Shown: piece after piece, positions 17,082-18,843 of the stretch
Layout of the letters: the number at the start of each line of letters is the position of its first letter
How positions within the stretch are numbered: position 1 is the first letter of the stretch
DNA from: an uncultured archaeon
GTDB taxonomy: Archaea; Thermoplasmatota; Penumbrarchaeia; JASLWR01
DNA: 18,843 bases
Direction: 5' to 3'
Assembly (NCBI GenBank): GCA_964430885.1
Contig: CAYSHM010000017.1
Location: forward strand, 45,288 to 64,130
Program-made: the position numbers and the translations under genes
Notes under the pieces: generated by a model
Databases searched by the model: none
Told to the model about the DNA's origin: nothing
What the model saw: the letters and a program-made list of their open reading frames with translations, nothing else

Positions 17082-17744
17082 TCAATCCAGCTGTGTCAGT
17101 GCTGAGACATCCTCATAGTTCCCGATATATCCGTCAGCCCCGAGTTTTTCTAAGAGTTCCAGGTCTTTGGCAACTCCGCTCCCAGTAAGGACGATCCCGT
17201 AATTGATCCTCAGGAGATTTTCAGAATTGACCAAATGGTCCAAAAAACTTTTGGCCGCATTGACACCATAAACATCGGATATACTTATGACAATGAAAAC
17301 AGGAGCGTAGACCTCCACTCCATACATGATAAGCTCCATTGGATCCCCATTACCCAGGAAAAACGAATCCAAACCCTGAAGGGTGAAGAAGTCGGCGAGC
17401 ATTCTAGCATGAACCTCGTGGTGTTTCTCTCTGGGGCAATAAACCATGATCCGCTGTCCAATTTTATCTCTGCCCTTCTTTCTCCTCTCCATTAATACAT
17501 AGGGATAACAGGATTCCACAACTGCTTTCAGGATATTGACCCGGCTCATCTCGGACCATATACTCGCGGGACTGTCCAGGCTTGACTCGCCTTTGTTAAG
17601 AAAGGGCACCAATACTTTCTCATAAAGACCTTGGATATCAACCACTCCGTCCTTCAGCGCCCGTAGGGCGAGCATTACACAGCGATCCCTATCTCCCTTT
17701 TGAAGGTATTTCCCAAATTCTTCCATCAGCGGCAATTTCAGCAC
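17082..17744 (-). CDS. Cobalamin (B12)-binding domain protein (cap domain + Rossmann B12-binding domain)
   Basis: Cap region L..GDR..C......AL..G......LYEKVLVPFL, then VYCPREKHHEVHARMLADFF...G.D.FFLG, VISIS, and LTGSG...LGADGY. Confidence 0.8.
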   Translation of the reverse strand: MLKLPLMEEFGKYLQKGDRDRCVMLALRALKDGVVDIQGLYEKVLVPFLNKGESSLDSPASIWSEMSRVNILKAVVESCYPYVLMERRKKGRDKIGQRIMVYCPREKHHEVHARMLADFFTLQGLDSFFLGNGDPMELIMYGVEVYAPVFIVISISDVYGVNAAKSFLDHLVNSENLLRINYGIVLTGSGVAKDLELLEKLGADGYIGNYEDVSALTQLD

Positions 17745-17810
17745 CCCTGTACCAAAAGGTGATCAATGGTTATTTGTTACTTGAAATATGGTTTATTTCT
17801 ATAAAACTTA

Positions 17811-18806
17811 TCAGAAACTCGGAGGCGGCATGGGGTCATCATTATCTCCATAGACCGGGGCCGATCCAGGTTCTGGATAACCCATTCCCGGTTCAGTCGA
17901 GCTATCCGAATATTCCACCCCTTCATTGATCTCCTTGTCAGAATAGGCTTCAAGATCATTTTCCATATCATCTAGATTATCAGAACCCGTTTCCTCCTGA
18001 GATGCATCTCCCAACCCTGTATCTGCCGATCCATGCTCAGGTTCAACCCCAATATTTCCCTCATCAGCAGTTTCTGAAATATAATCTGTATCCGCACCTT
18101 TGGCCTTAACGGGTGTGGCTGTGCTCTTTACCTCATCACCGTATTGCTGGCATTTGTCGCAGAACCATCTCTGATACTCTGGCACCAAACGGGTTGCGGA
18201 TCCGCATATCTTGCAGGGCGGTGTAGCTACCGGAGGCGGGGATCCGCTCATCGGATGTGTTCCGTGCATACCGGCTGAAAGATCCACATTGACATTGACA
18301 TTACTAGTTGTCTTCGATTTGTCCTTTTTTTTCTTTTTCTTCTTCTTTTTTTTCTTGATCCCGGCACACATACCTGATAGAATGAACAACAGGATGGTAG
18401 ATCCAACAGTAACATACCAGCACCAATGAGGCCCCCATGTACTATCCTGAACGTATGAAAAGGATTGATTCCCTTCAGTTTCAGTAAATTTTCCCGCGGC
18501 ACCGCCCCAGAAGAAATCCCACGGTCCTTCATCATCCGATTCTGGATTGAAATCATCTTCCCAAGCTTGAGGCAATTGAAATACCATAAGGGCCGGACCG
18601 ACAATAAGGGTCATTGCCGTTAGAAGGCCGACAAGCAAGGCAGGCCAACCAGGTATCAAACGGACTCCCGTTATTATGGCCAAAAGAGCAAAAATAAAGG
18701 TTCCGATCATACCGGCGGTGTGTAAGAGCTTAATTCTTCCCATGGTATCAGTAATATTACCCTGATTGGATTCCTTCTCGTAATCTATTTTAGGCTCCTC
18801 ACACAA
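17811..18806 (-). CDS. Membrane protein with about three TM helices, poly-Lys stretch, CxxC...CxxC zinc finger and acidic tail; 5' end uncertain
   Basis: Hydrophobic segments, a Lys run, CKICG...WFCDKC and a D/E/P-rich C-terminus. The TTG start has no SD, and an in-frame TGA lies at 18831-18833. Confidence 0.75.
   Translation of the reverse strand: MCEEPKIDYEKESNQGNITDTMGRIKLLHTAGMIGTFIFALLAIITGVRLIPGWPALLVGLLTAMTLIVGPALMVFQLPQAWEDDFNPESDDEGPWDFFWGGAAGKFTETEGNQSFSYVQDSTWGPHWCWYVTVGSTILLFILSGMCAGIKKKKKKKKKKKDKSKTTSNVNVNVDLSAGMHGTHPMSGSPPPVATPPCKICGSATRLVPEYQRWFCDKCQQYGDEVKSTATPVKAKGADTDYISETADEGNIGVEPEHGSADTGLGDASQEETGSDNLDDMENDLEAYSDKEINEGVEYSDSSTEPGMGYPEPGSAPVYGDNDDPMPPPSF
18324..18356 (-). 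repeat. AAA/AAG low-complexity tract encoding poly-lysine, containing two A8 runs
   Basis: The plus strand has T8 runs at 18325-18332 and 18346-18353 within a pure C/T tract. Confidence 0.85.
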
Positions 18807-18843
18807 ATTTGTGCAGAAATTCGGGCAATTTCAATCCACCCAG

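Noticed and set aside
540-18604. The many 60-160-aa antisense and alternate-frame ORFs in the track
   Set aside because: They lie within or largely overlap well-supported genes, lack recognisable motifs, and are expected shadows of biased codon usage.

Overview
Archaeal chromosomal window, probably from Thermoplasmatota. This is inferred from the GGAGG(TGA) Shine-Dalgarno motifs, TATA-type promoters, Cgi121, Orc1/Cdc6 and a DUF3860-like protein. From left to right it holds two overlapping giant all-helical proteins built from ~66-aa repeats (the first runs off the left edge, the second ends in a zinc ribbon), KEOPS subunit Cgi121, a PrsW-family membrane protein with degenerate catalytic motifs and a long charged tail, and a fused ADP-forming acyl-CoA synthetase whose conserved N-terminus has no canonical start codon. 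Next come a divergent pair of DNA-binding proteins (DUF3860-like wHTH and CARF-like/wHTH), an ~830-bp AT-rich candidate replication origin, and Orc1/Cdc6 with a ~65-aa insertion. The right end has an HhH-GPD/endonuclease III-like glycosylase, a His-less class II aldolase-like protein, a small hypothetical protein, a B12-binding-domain protein and a membrane zinc-finger protein whose 5' end looks broken. I found no RNA genes, CRISPR arrays or mobile elements. All family calls come from recognising motifs by eye, not from database searches.
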